A DNA stretch of 64,000 nucleotides from Rhodosorus marinus CCMP1338 (lineage: Eukaryota > Plantae > Rhodophyta). Positions within the stretch are counted from its first letter, which is position 1, and each line of letters begins with the position of its first letter. Below are positions 12,360 through 24,360 of this stretch, piece by piece. The notes under the pieces were generated by a model. It saw nothing but the letters and a program-made list of their open reading frames with translations. It was not told the origin of the DNA and did not search any database. Made by a program: the position numbers and the translations under genes. The stretch lies in the NCBI GenBank assembly GCA_029953675.1, contig JAMWBK010000002.1, positions 2,604,001-2,668,000 of the forward strand, in the 5' to 3' direction.

Positions 12360-13120
12360 GCGATCAAAGATGGGCGAGGGCAGCCCCAAGAAGAAGTACG
12401 CCATCCATTCAAGCAGAAACAAGATCAAATATGAGATTTTCCAGTCTTTCGAGTGACCAGGACGACTGCGGTCCAAAGCAGAAGTGCTTAACTAAAAACC
12501 GCAAGCGATGAAAGAGTGTGTCATTCTTTTAACCGGGCAGGACTAGCACATCCCCAAGAGGAAGAAGTAGTCCATCGATACAGGCAAAACGCCATCGACT
12601 AAAACCTGCACCGCGATGAGAGAGGAGTGGTCTCAGTCTCAGACTTTTAAGCGAGCAGGACGAGAACTTTTCCAAGAGGAAGAAGAACTCTATCGATCCA
12701 GGCAAATTGGCATCGACCAAAACCTGCAGCGCGATCAAAGAGGAACGGTCTCAGTCTTTTAAACGAGCAGGAAGAGCACATCCCCAAGAGGAAGTACTCT
12801 ATCGATTCAGACAAGGCTCTATCGATTCAGAAAAAGCGCTATCGATCCAGGCAAGACGCCATCGACAAAAAAAAAGCAACGCGATCAAAGAGGAGTAGTC
12901 TCAGTTTTCTAAGCTATCAGGACGAGCACATCCCCAAGAGGGAGAAGTACTCTATCGATGCAGCGAGCTGGACAAGAAATAGGAAGAAGTACTCTATCGA
13001 TCCAGCAAAACTCCATCCACTGCAACGCGATGAAAGAGGACTGGTCTCAGTCTTTTAAGCGAGCAGCACGAGCAAGCATCCCCAACAGGTAGAAGCACTC
13101 CATCGATTCAGATATAGCGC
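12360..13120 (+). repeat. Degenerate purine-rich tandem repeat, about 5-6 units of 108-150 bp
   Basis: Anchor GCGAT(C/G)A(A/G)AGAG at 12360, 12505, 12613, 12731, 12881 and 13027. Most units share GTCTCAGTC..TTAAGCGAGCAGGACGAGCACATCCCCAAGAGGAAGAAGTACTCTATCGAT. Confidence 0.88.
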
Positions 13121-13494
13121 CAAGAGCCGCGCCTCGTTAAGCAGAAGTCTAGATGCGCTGAGCACTAGAGGTATCTACTTAGCCTTCCGCAAGGACGAAG
13201 GAAGTAGGTGAGAAAGTGGAAGATTCTAGAATGTCTTGAAGACCTTTTGTGTGTGCTTTTTGTTTTGGTTTAGAAAGATGGTGCTGTCCTGAGAGACGAC
13301 CGAGGAGCCAACGCTGTTGAAGACGACCTTCTTGTGATCGCTTCGGACGTTGTAAGACTTAGCGCCTGGGTTTTGAGAGCACGCAAAAGGTTTTTTGGCG
13401 GCGAGGGCGGTTGCTGGGTGTGAATGTGTATAGAAGCTCTGGGGTGGTGTTCTGAAGCTTGTCGCTTTTAACTGTACTTGTTGTTACACACAAA

Positions 13495-15093
13495 ATGTAT
13501 ATTACTATTGCGTCGAATACGGAGGATCCAAGGAGGCTCGAGGTTCACGAGGACATGGAGGTTGGGATTTTGAGGGAGCTTGTTTCTATAGAGGTATCGC
13601 GTTTTCCTTTTCCTCTGACCGTGCACGTGTTTCCTTCCACGGTTTGCTGAAGGACGTCTTTTGTGTGCTCTTTGCCCTGTCGTCCATTGATCCCTTTGCG
13701 TGCGTCTGTGTCAGTATTCGATCCCCGTTGATAAGCAGAAACTGACTTTTGAAGGCAAAGCGCTTTCAAGCGGGACTCTAAAGGACAACAATGTCCAGAA
13801 TGACAGCATGATTTTCGTCGAGAAGGAGGAGGCGATGAGGGGTCCAGCACCTGCTGAAGGACCGATGGGTGTGCCAGCTGCGGATCAGATGTTACAGTCG
13901 TTTAGCACTGATCCGAGATTGAAGCAGCTTGCACGCAACTATCCGGAGTTGCAGCGAGCGGTTGACTCAGGCAACGCACCTGCTGTTGCTCAGTTTTTGG
14001 AGCGGATGAAGTCTGAGGCGCAATCTACACCACAGTGAGTTCTGAAGAAGTGAAAACTTTGGCAAGGGGCGACCGAGGAACGGACAACTATCCGCTGACA
14101 ATCACATCGTCATTTATGCGATACTTTTGCGTAGGTTCGAAGGCGGGGAAATGTCGGCAGAAGCACAAAAGTATATAGCTGAGCAGATCCAAAGGGAGAA
14201 CATTGAAAAGAACCTTCACGATGCTATTGAATTCAACCCCGAGGCGTTTGCGAAGGTTGTTATGCTGTTCGTCAAGGCTGAGGTAAACGGGAACCAAGCG
14301 ATTGCTTTCATTGACACCGGTGCGCAGTCCACCATCATATCTCTGGAATGTGCGAGGCGACTGGGTATCGAGAGGCTCATCGACAAGAGGTTCCAAGTAA
14401 GATTAGTCTTCAAGAAGCACCAATCCCAACGAACTTCATCCGGATCGGCTCAGTGTGATCTCGATCTGTCCTCGAACAGGGCGTGGCAAAGGGCGTTGGC
14501 TCGGCAAAAATACTCGGGCGCGTTCACTCTACTGTCTTGAAGATCGAGGACCAGTTTCTCCAATGTACGTTTACTGTGCTGGAGGGTATGAGCTATGACA
14601 TCATTCTTGGACTGGACATGCTGAGGAAGCACTCAGTAGTTGTTGATGTTGGTGCCAACCGTCTAAGAATACACAATTCCAGCATATCCTTTCTGCCAGA
14701 GAAGGATATTCCTTCCAACATGCGGACCATGGAGGTCGATCCGCAACAAGGCGGGGTTCCTAGCGCACAGGGTAGGTGATGGCACAAGTCGTTGAGACGT
14801 CTCTCGACAACGCAACTTAGGTATCGATTCTCTTGATAGCATCAGGTCCAGGATCAAAGACGAACTTGGTCGGTAATCCTACGACCGGACAGACTTCGTC
14901 AAGACCAGCGGCTCCTTCTCAACGCAACCAAACAAATTCGGTTCCGACACCTGCAAACTTTCCTGAGGAGGCCATTCAAAAGCTGACGCAACTCGGATTC
15001 GACAGAAACTCAGTAATCGAAGCTCTGCGGGCCGCAAACGGTAGCGAGGAAGTGGCGGCCAACATTTTAGCCCAGTCCAGGTATGGATTCTGA
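13495..15093 (+). CDS. DDI1: DNA damage-inducible protein 1 (UBL, retroviral-type aspartic protease, UBA), spliced
   Basis: N-terminal UBL (YSIPVDKQKLTFEGKAL), NPEAFAKVVMLFV, catalytic FIDTGAQSTIIS, GVGSAKILGRVH, DIILGLDML, C-terminal UBA (FPEEAIQKLTQLGFDRNSVIEALRAANG). Confidence 0.93.
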
Positions 15094-15798
15094 GGAGATG
15101 GAAGGCTACGAATAGTGCTTCGCTTTGCTATGAGCAAGCATTGACGCATGCTTGAAGCTAGCCTCGAGTTAAGAGAAACCGAGAGCAGTGTAATCCCCCC
15201 GTGTAGACCTGTAGATACAAACCAGACCCTTTCAGCTGCTTTTCTCACCGGTGCTATACATGAGCAGCTTCGCAGAAAAAAAAAGCCGCCCAGGAAGAAC
15301 TATTCAGGAGCGCAGAGCTACAGTCAAAGGCATGCCTAACATCCAAAGCAGAGTTTCCGCGTCCTGACGTTCGCGGGGGGGGGGGGCGCTCCCAATCGGA
15401 GAGAACTCGGTTTGATCGGAGCGATGTTCCCCGAATGAGGTACGCTAGGAAGGGCGCAGAGAGCGCGCCTCCAGAAGAAAGGTTGCGTTACTGAGATCAG
15501 AGAGTCAGACTCAAAGATTCTTTCAGTCAAGAAAGAGCATCAGGGGCACTGAGAAAAGCAGGGGATCATTGTCGTTGGTGGGAGCACGTCACACTTCGGG
15601 CAAATTGTGTGCGGACATATCCCCCACACGTGTTCCAGCACATTCGCTATGTTCCTTTTGCCGAGTTTAAAACGATAGAGAGCTTCAGTAACATCTGTAC
15701 CTCGGGGGTGCCAAAACTCACCCACCCCAGCCACGCCAGCGACGCCTGTTGGACCAGAACCCAACAGGACGATTTCCAACGCTGCGAAACGCCATTTA

Positions 15799-15823
15799 AA
15801 AACAAAACAAAACAAAACAAAAC
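15799..15823. repeat. (AAAAC)5 microsatellite
   Basis: aaaacaaaacaaaacaaaacaaaac. Confidence 0.9.
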
Positions 15824-16507
15824 AAACTACACCGAAAACGAGCCCACCATTGGACAACACCAATACAAAATTTCAGATGATATCGTACATATTTAATCCT
15901 ATTCTATTCATTCATTGGTCTAATTCCCCCAACGCACAGTATTTATTCGTTTATTCAAAAATACAAATTACTCTTCTCTTAAAAAAAACCATTCCTCATG
16001 AAATTACCCAACCAAATCATCCCTCAATCACAATTTTACACAATACATTACATTTCTAAGCCAATAAACATCCTGATCAGATCCCAACCAGGAAAAAACA
16101 ACCCACCTCCACAAAAACAAATCATTATATCAGTCAAAATACCAGGAATTGCTTTAATTAATCCTCGAAAATGGATTGTTTTGATTGATAATTCTTCCGG
16201 CTTGATATATGTGGTAAATGGTTTTTGGAAACAACATCTCATCAGTTGTGGCAATTGATGATGATGGTGATGCACAAGTTAGTTTTGGATCGGCTGCTTT
16301 GAGGCTGATGATTGGGGAGGGTGGGCGTGGTGGTTTTGGATTGTTTATATGGTATGATCAGTGCTTTTGTTTTTAGTCTATGAAAGTGTAGTATAGTTGT
16401 GGTTTGGGGATTGAGAAGGAGCCTGTGGGTTCGGCTTTTTTGGGAGTTTGGGGGGTGGGAGGACGACTTTGGATTTTTTTTTTTTTGGGGGGGGGTTGTT
16501 TTGGGGA

Positions 16508-18565
16508 ATGATGGAGGTGAACAAGGATGAGCCTAGTGTGACGACTCTGGAGGAGTTTATGGGTATGAAATTGGAGGAGCGGTCAAAGTTACCAAAGGCG
16601 AGGGTTAAGAAACTGACTCGTTTGGAGGCGGAGTTGAAGAGAAAGGAGGAGAAAGCTGCGCAGATCGCTGCGAGGGCAGAGGAGGAGACTCGACAAAGGC
16701 TTGAGGCGGCTTCCCTGGTGAAGATAGAACTTGACAAAGACTTGCCAACGCCAAATGAATGCAAGATCAGAGATCTCAAGCCAATGTTGGGCAAGCGGAT
16801 CCTGATCCACGGATGGGTCCATCATATGAGGTGGGACGGGAAGAGGCTCCTATTCATCGAGCTCCGAGATGGCAAGTACATGTGTTTCGATAAATACTGT
16901 GACGCGTATAGAACGCATTCCCGTCGGAGTGCTTACATGCGCTCTTGGCGACCCTTTTCGTCCCGTTCAGGAACTGGGTTTTTGCAGAGCGTGTTAACTG
17001 ACGATCTATGTGCGACGGTAGATGCGATAACCTTGAAAAGAGAGTCTTCTGTGAAACTTTACGGAACTTTGGCTGAGGATGACAGGGCGAAGGGGACATT
17101 CAACGGTTATGAGTTGAAAGTTGACTACTGGGAGCTCATCGGCTCATCTCCAGCCGAAATTGAGAACATTCTTACCAAGGAGAGCAACGTTGATATTCTT
17201 CTCAACAACCGACATCTCGTCATCCGAGGCACCAGGGTAAATCTCCATGCCCAAACCGATCCCCCGCAAATAGACGAGTTTGTATTCTGATCTTCTGTAA
17301 TGCTTATTTTTCCCGTGCTCAGGCTAGTTCAATCCTGCGAGCTCGGAGCTTGATTACTCAGTGCTTTCGTGAGCACTTTTTCGGTGAAGGCTACGTTGAG
17401 CTCACACCACCCACTCTTGTTGACACCCAATGCGAAGGCGGGTCAACGCTTTTCAAGCTCGACTACTTTGGAAGTGAGGGCTTCCTGACGCAGTCGAGCC
17501 AGATGTATCTTGAGACTGGAATTCCAGCCGTTGGAGACTGCTTTTGTATACTACCAAGTTACCGTGCAGAGCTCAGTTCAACTCGAAGGTACGGACGGCC
17601 CTCCACATATACGCAAAGGATCACCTTGGACCTGACTCGGCCCTCTATATTGTTGTTGAGCAGGCATCTCGCGGAGTTTCATCACATCGAAGCAGAATGT
17701 CCGTTTATCGATTTTGAGGGCCTTTTAGATAGAGTCGAGAATCTCGTCGTCGATGTATGCGCAAGGTTCATGGAGAAGGGCGCGGATCTTCTCCAAACCC
17801 TAAACCCGGATCTGAAACCATTGAAGCGCCCATTCAAGAGAATGGACTACACAGAAGCCGTAGAGTACGCGACCAGAGCTTACCTTCTTGGTTCTTCCGG
17901 TCTTCCTTCGTGGATCGGGTCTAGACGCTACTCTTGCTTATCAGTAGTTTTTTTTTTCCATGCGAATTATCCTCTTCCAATTTTTGATGGTGAACAGGTA
18001 CTGCAGAGAGCACAACATCTACAAGGATGAAGAGAACAAGATACATTTTGAAATAGGGGACGATATCCCGGAAGCTCCTGAGAGGAAAATGACCGACATG
18101 ATAGGCGAGCCGATTCTCTTGTGCCGCTTTCCCGCTGAGATGAAGTCGTTCTACATGAAAAAATGTCCCGAGGATCCTAGGTTGACAGAGTCCGTGGATT
18201 TGCTCATGCCTGGTGTGGGCGAGATCGTCGGTGGTAGCATGAGGTATGGCGTCCCGTCTCTTGCTCATTGTTTGAGAAAGGAAAACTTGGTTGTAGGATC
18301 ACCGCTAAAGCAAGACTGCGCTGTTGTCGTTTCTTTTTGGTTCTGACCTAGGATCGATGACGAAAAGGAGCTCCTAGCCGCGTACGAGCGTGAGGAGATG
18401 GATCCTCGTCCATACTACTGGTTCACTGAGCAACGGAAATATGGAACATGTCCCCACGGAGGCTACGGCTTGGGCTTGGAGAGGTTCTGCTGCTATTTGC
18501 TCAACGTTTACCACATCCGAGACGTATGCCTATACCCGCGCTACAGAGGTCGTATTGAGCCGTAG
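16508..18565 (+). CDS. NARS1: Cytosolic asparaginyl-tRNA synthetase, spliced
   Basis: OB-fold GWVHHMR...FIELRDG|GTGFLQ, motif 1 [34 protein letters not shown]...[11 protein letters not shown], motif 3 [12 protein letters not shown], and C-terminal [10 protein letters not shown]. Confidence 0.95.
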
Positions 18566-18749
18566 GCAAGCTGTGGCAGCATCCGTCGTTTTAAGTCCTG
18601 ACCTTTGAGGACGGTGTACAACGTTTGAGCTCCGTAAGACTCTAGTTTAGGATATCAGCTGGCCACTTTCGGGGCGAATGAGGAGGGGGTGGTTTGGTGA
18701 AGGTCGTAGGTGGGGGGCGGGGGGTTGGTGGTTAGTAGAACACAGTTTG

Positions 18750-20466
18750 CTATACTGTGTTGAGTTTAGTATCCAACGGCTTTCCAATCGAGTAGGTAAC
18801 AAAGCCAATGCTGTGCAGTTCCTCTCTGTCCAAAATATTTCTTCCATCGAAAAGAAACGCAGGTTTGCTCATCTGCTGGTAAACCTTTCTGTAGTCAACT
18901 GTCTTGAACTCATCCCATTCAGTTGTCACAACAAGGGCGTGTGCATCCTTGGCTGCTGCCTGTACAGACCCCTCAATTTTGACGTACTTCTCTATCTGGG
19001 ACTGCTCTAGACCCGTCACCTCGGACAGGTCGTACCAGATCTGCTCGTGCTCCACCTTTGGGTCATAGATAGCGATTTCAGCCCTCTCCTGCATCAGGCG
19101 TTGACATACTTCGATTGCTGCAGACTCTCGCGTGTCACCCGTGTCCTTCTTGAACGCGAAACCAAGAAGGGCGATTCTCTTCCCAGTGACAGTATTAAAC
19201 AGGCCGTGAATGATTCGGCTAACAAATCGCTCCTTCTGAAGGTCGTTCATCTTAACCACCCAGTGAAAGTATTCTGCAACCTCACTAAGTCCCATAGACT
19301 GACACAAGTATACAAGATTTAGGATATCCTTCTGGAAACAGGATCCCCCAAATCCGACTGACGCCTTGAGGAACTTGTGCCCGATTCTCGTGTCCATCCC
19401 GACGGCACGGGCAACTTCATCCACGTCAGCCCCAGAGGCTTCGCAAATTGCGGATACCGCATTTATCGAGGACACTCTCTGTGCCAGGAAGGAATTTGCT
19501 ACCAACTTGCTGAGTTCAGAGCTCCACACGTTTGTCTTAATGATTCTTTCTTGAGGAACCTGTTTGGAAGAGAACATTCAGAGCATTTGTGCTTTCGATG
19601 AGTAGGTGGGCCTACGGAGCTTTTCCGTATGGGCGGAACGCGCAAAAGATTCTCCTCACCCAGTGAGCATATACTTGAGACAAACGTTCAATAGCGGTGG
19701 CTCCAGCCTCGGTCAATGGGCCACCGATGAGAACCCGATCGGGATGCTCGAGGTCGTCCATAGCAGTGCCCTCCGCTAGGAACTCAGGATTACTCAACAC
19801 GCTGAAAGAGGTTCTACCGGCCGCGTGAAGAACGGATGAAATCGCCTCGGCAGTCTTAATGGGCACGGTAGATTTCTCCACAACAATCTTCGGGGTATCC
19901 GCAACTGCCGCAATACGTCGGGCAGCGAGCTCCCAGTATGTCAAATCTGCTGCTCGACCGGCACCAATTCCGATTTTCTTGGTGGGAGTATTTACCGCCA
20001 CGAAGATAATTGTAGCCTCTCGAATCCCCTTGTCCACTTCCTCCGTGAAAAACAGGTTTCTGCCCCGGCATTTCTTTACAACATCATCGAGGCCAGGTTC
20101 GTAGATCGGGAGAACGTCTGAATTCCACTGCTCGATCCGAGCTGCTGAGATATCCACAATCTAAAGGAAACGTCACAAAAACAATGGGGTTAACAACCGC
20201 AAACAAGGAACACATCACCAAGAACCCTAACGAGAACAACGTAAACTCAAAAAAACCACAAAATACCCCGTCTTTTTGCCAAGAGCAAAACAAACACACA
20301 CATAAACAACATCTAAACATCGGACAACCCAACAACCAAACACTTTTCCTTTTTTCCCTCTCACCGTGACCACGATCTCCGGACACTTCTCGGCTATCTT
20401 AGCCATCGTCGGACCTCCGACATATCCCGCCCCAATACAACAAATCTTGATCTCCTCCCCGTTCAT
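18750..20466 (-). CDS. UGDH: UDP-glucose 6-dehydrogenase, 3 exons
   Basis: [35 protein letters not shown], catalytic [30 protein letters not shown]. Two GT-AG introns (about 20367-20163 and near 19650-19565). Confidence 0.96.
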
Positions 20467-22281
20467 CTTTTCAGTCAAGTCCTAAACACCCCCAACAACC
20501 ACCCCATCTAAAACAAAAAATCCAAAAAATTCAAAAACACACCCGCAATAATAGTCTTACCTCCTCCAACTACAAACCTCTCTCTGCCTCTCTCTTACAC
20601 ACACACGCATACCTATCCATCCCCTTCCTCTTTCCCCCATTCCCGTCCGCCCAATCCATCCCCATCCCAAAATTCTCTCACACCCTTCCCAATTCATTTC
20701 CCCCCACTTCCCTCTCCAATTAGCGGAATCCGATCCAAAATTAATTCCTTTCCACAGAAGCAGTGTTTTTTGTTCCTTTTTTGGTTTGCTGACAACGAAA
20801 TGTACTAATCGTTACTAATATTTCACAATTCTTCAAGAAACCTACCAAGAAAATCAAATAGCAGTACATCAAATAGTACGGACGAATGACGTGTACTAAA
20901 CAGCGAAAAAATGGCCACGCAGCGCACAGTGAACTCAAGTCAGGTTTGGAAGGAGAATCTAACTATATTTGATCTTTCTAGGTGTCTCCGATTCTGGGAC
21001 ATTTTTGTTTTTTTCTGGCGGGGGGGGGGAAGGGGGGGAAAAGAAGAGAAGGCTTTGGCTTGGGACAGGTTGGTTTGTGGTTTAGGCCCTTTTTTTTTTT
21101 GGCATATCCCGCCTGACAGAAAAATGCCGTCCGATTGCATCCGAGGTTTATATATCAAACAGTCTGATATAAGTTTAACTTGTCCACTGCGTGACAATTG
21201 AGGGTTTTGTCCTCTGGTGCGCGTCCGATATAAGTTTATCAGACCTGAATTGGAAATAGAAATAAAGGGTTCGACCGATAACAGTTTGATATTCCTCAAT
21301 CAACAACAATTATTGATTGAACCTCAATCTTCTTCTTTGGGACCCCGTGGCCGGGGTTGCCGTGCAATAGGATTTTCCAACATTCTTGGACGCCGGGCAT
21401 TCTGAAAAACCATTAGATCGTGTATGACAGCCTGTCGACCATAGAAGTAATCATAATTCAATATATGCGAAGGACACCTTGTTCTATCAAAGAATAATCA
21501 TGATTCAATATCTGGAGCAAAGACGATTGAACATTAGACTAGCGCTGATTGAGTTTCAGACGCTTTATCGGACGGTTAGTCGGACCAATAATCAGACATC
21601 CAAGGATTTTCCGCATTTATTCAATAATCTATCCGCGAAAAAAATTATCTGACGATTTTATGACTAGCCTAGTTTGTTTCAATTTACGTGTTTCTGCGGA
21701 GGCCTTTGAGTGTCGCCGAGTTGGGATAGTCCAGAGATTCACGGCTTAGGCTGGTTGCAAAGGGGTTTGCCTAGACAAAGGGCATGGACTGTCGAGGAGA
21801 CTTTGTCACAAACGCTCGACTTCGACAGCTTGAAAGTGTTGCTTATCGTGGAGGCAGTGGAGGACTTGGAAGCAGAGCAAACTGGACGTCAGGACGGCGT
21901 ATCTATAAAGGAATTTGGAAAACGAGGTATAGAATAACGACCCTGCTTAGGGGTTAAAGGGATGACGGGTGTCCAACAAATAACGTGGTGTTAGAGCATC
22001 TAAGCGTTAAGGACAGCTCTGTGAGGAGGTTGTCCAGGGTTAGTAAAGTTGACTCTCCCGCTCGTGTCCGAGCGGTTGTTAAGAAAACTTGTGGCTTCCT
22101 GGGGGGGCGGTGTGAGGTAGGTAGGTGGTGATTGCGCGACAAGGTTAGGTGAAGAAACGTCTGCATCGTTAAAAGGGACAAGTTCCAGTCGGGGGGGGAC
22201 ATGGTTGATAGGGATCTGGAGAAAGCGCTGATTGTTGTTTGCCCTAGCTTGAGCCGGTTGTTCCGTCAGTGGGGAGAATGC

Positions 22282-24360
22282 CTATTGTAGAGGCGAGGAT
22301 GGCCAATACTTCAGCTTGTTAGAACTGGAGGTGGCTGCTACAGACCGTTCTAGTTTTGTGAGCTCTGGGTTGGGGCGTCGAGGTCTCAGGCGTAGAAGGA
22401 TCTGATCCCCGACGGGGTTGTAGAAGCGTTGCGGTGGCAGACCCAGTCGTTTAGGCTCATGACGACCGTTCTGTGGATATAGATGCAGCTTGTTCCCCTT
22501 TTCGCTGTGTATACATGTATGCCGCATGTGTATGGTTCTCTTGAGAAATTTTGCTCGGCCCTGGTGGTGATTGACGGCTTTGGATACCTGCGGCCTGTCG
22601 AGGAAATCACTGAACAACCTAGGAGTACTACTTCCTTGATATGCGAGTTGCTCAACTTTGCCTTTTTTTCGCTAGGCATGGGCGAGAAACAGGCTTTCGA
22701 ATTTCTGCAAGTTTTGTGTCCTCTCACACCATTCCGACCACGTGATAGCTGCATCTGTGTCCTTAACTATAATCTTTACGACTCTGTTACACCTCGACTT
22801 CTTGTTTTTGGATCCCAATATAGTCGTGGAAGAGAACACCTGCTTGCGGTAGTCAGAGTCTGATTCCAGCCACAACAAAACACAGTGCTTTGCGGGTGAT
22901 GAACGCGCATCTGAACGCGCATCTGGAGAGTTCTCGTAGGACTGATAGTTCAAGTTCGCATGCAGGGGTACATACCGTTCCGGCGCCCAAAATCCAATTC
23001 TAGATCTTAACCCTCACACTATCTGTGATCTACGTAAAACCTTGCGTCGCCTGTTGTTCATGACGCAATCTGCCAAGCATCAGCAAAATCAACGCGGTCT
23101 GCGGAGAAAAATTAGTTCTTTCCGATCGTCTCTACGCGATCGCTGGGAAACCCAGGCCCCTGCCTGTCTGCGATGGCTCTCCCGCTTTCAACTGTGCATG
23201 GGTAGTGCAAGTTGCAACTACGCACTAGCTGTCCTCGAGTGCTTGGCAGTATCGTGATAACTCGCACGATTGTCGGTCACTTTGGAGGCGAAGCGGAAGC
23301 GAGGAAGGGCACACTCTAGTCAGGCCAACTAAACAAGCTTCTGCCGTTTCGATCCCCTGGTTGTGGAAGCAATTTTGGCCCGCCATAAAAAAAAAAAGCA
23401 GGAGGCTTATCATGCACTCCGACCGTCACTCACCATTATGCTGATCCTCATTGACGGCGCGAGATATGGCCAGATGTGTCCGGAAAGCTTTTTATCTGCT
23501 TGTTTCTGATCTTCTGAAGCTCAGAAGCCGCCGCGAGTCTGTTATGTCCGGGCAAACTTTTTTTCGCTCGGAAAATTTCTTCTGATATGCATCACCGCTG
23601 CTGATGATGCAGTTAGTGTCTGTTTGCAGAATAAGTAACGGCCGCAACTGCGGTCAAGACCTTGTCGTGAGCTTGTCACGACCTGGAGGGCTTGGGTAGT
23701 GTAACACAGAGCTTTGCCCATAATTCTGTTCCCACCGGAGGCGCGAGCCAACTCAGAACAGGATTATGATCGACAAGTGGCATCGCAAGAACCCTTAGTC
23801 GAGGGTGAGGGGCTGGCGGTTCAGCAAGGGGAGACTTACCAACATTTGATTGCAAAATGAAGGACAAGGGCTACGTAACGGCAACCAGTGCAGGCATCTT
23901 CCGACAAACATTCACCACACTTCAAGCGTTTCACAAACTTCCTTTGGGTTCCAGCGAACAACCGTTGCCACAATTTCGAACGGAAAGCACAAGTAAAACT
24001 ACAGCAACCACTGTCCTTTTTCCTCAAAAGTTGAGTCCTATCGTCCCCTGAGATTCAGTGCTTGGTGGCCCCTGGCGTCCCATCGATTGGCCCGCTCCGG
24101 CACTGTCCAAAACAAATTTCGTTGAGTAAGTATATGAGTATTGGCCCCTTACGAAATTTTCCTGGGATTAAAACCTAGTGTAATTGGAAGAGAACTTACA
24201 TTGTACTGCCCGGGTTAGGCAGACAGTATACGAAGACACTTCCTTTCAACCCATCTAGACGGCGTCCCAACGTCAGGGCAAAAAGGATGGTATATTTAGT
24301 TTGACCGGGTGTAGGGTAAACAAAGGGGTAGTACTACTGCCCGCATATGAGAGATCCATG
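22282..24360 (-). mobile_element. Heavily degenerate Ty3/Gypsy-like pol relic (RT, RNase H, integrase remnants)
   Basis: Broken-frame fragments occur in Gypsy order on the minus strand: LDGLKGSVFVY (24258-24226, RT region before YxDD), KDTDAAITWSEWCERTQ (integrase CxxC-like), LHLYPQNGRHE (cf. YHPQTNG), and NPVGDQILLR...KLKYWPSSP (cf. GPY/F region). No intact ORF and no LTRs identified. Confidence 0.5.

Noticed and set aside
11967-12476. 169-aa hydrophobic minus-strand ORF
   Set aside because: It is the antisense of purine-rich low-complexity sequence, which yields F/L/S-rich pseudo-membrane peptides.
12360-13120. Repeat array considered as CRISPR-like
   Set aside because: The context is eukaryotic, the whole unit is repeated and degenerate with no unique spacers, and there are no cas genes. 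The PD-(D/E)XK gene is 43 kb away.
15540-15863. Minus-strand ORF containing IVLLGSGPTGV, a Rossmann-like GxGxxG
   Set aside because: The rest of the ORF does not continue a nucleotide-binding fold, and the N-terminus derives from the (GTTTT)n microsatellite. An alternative MAF-start frame could not be spliced into a credible protein.
18678-19010. Plus-strand 110-aa ORF at the UGDH 3' end
   Set aside because: It is mostly antisense to UGDH codons with a G-rich low-complexity start; a shadow ORF.
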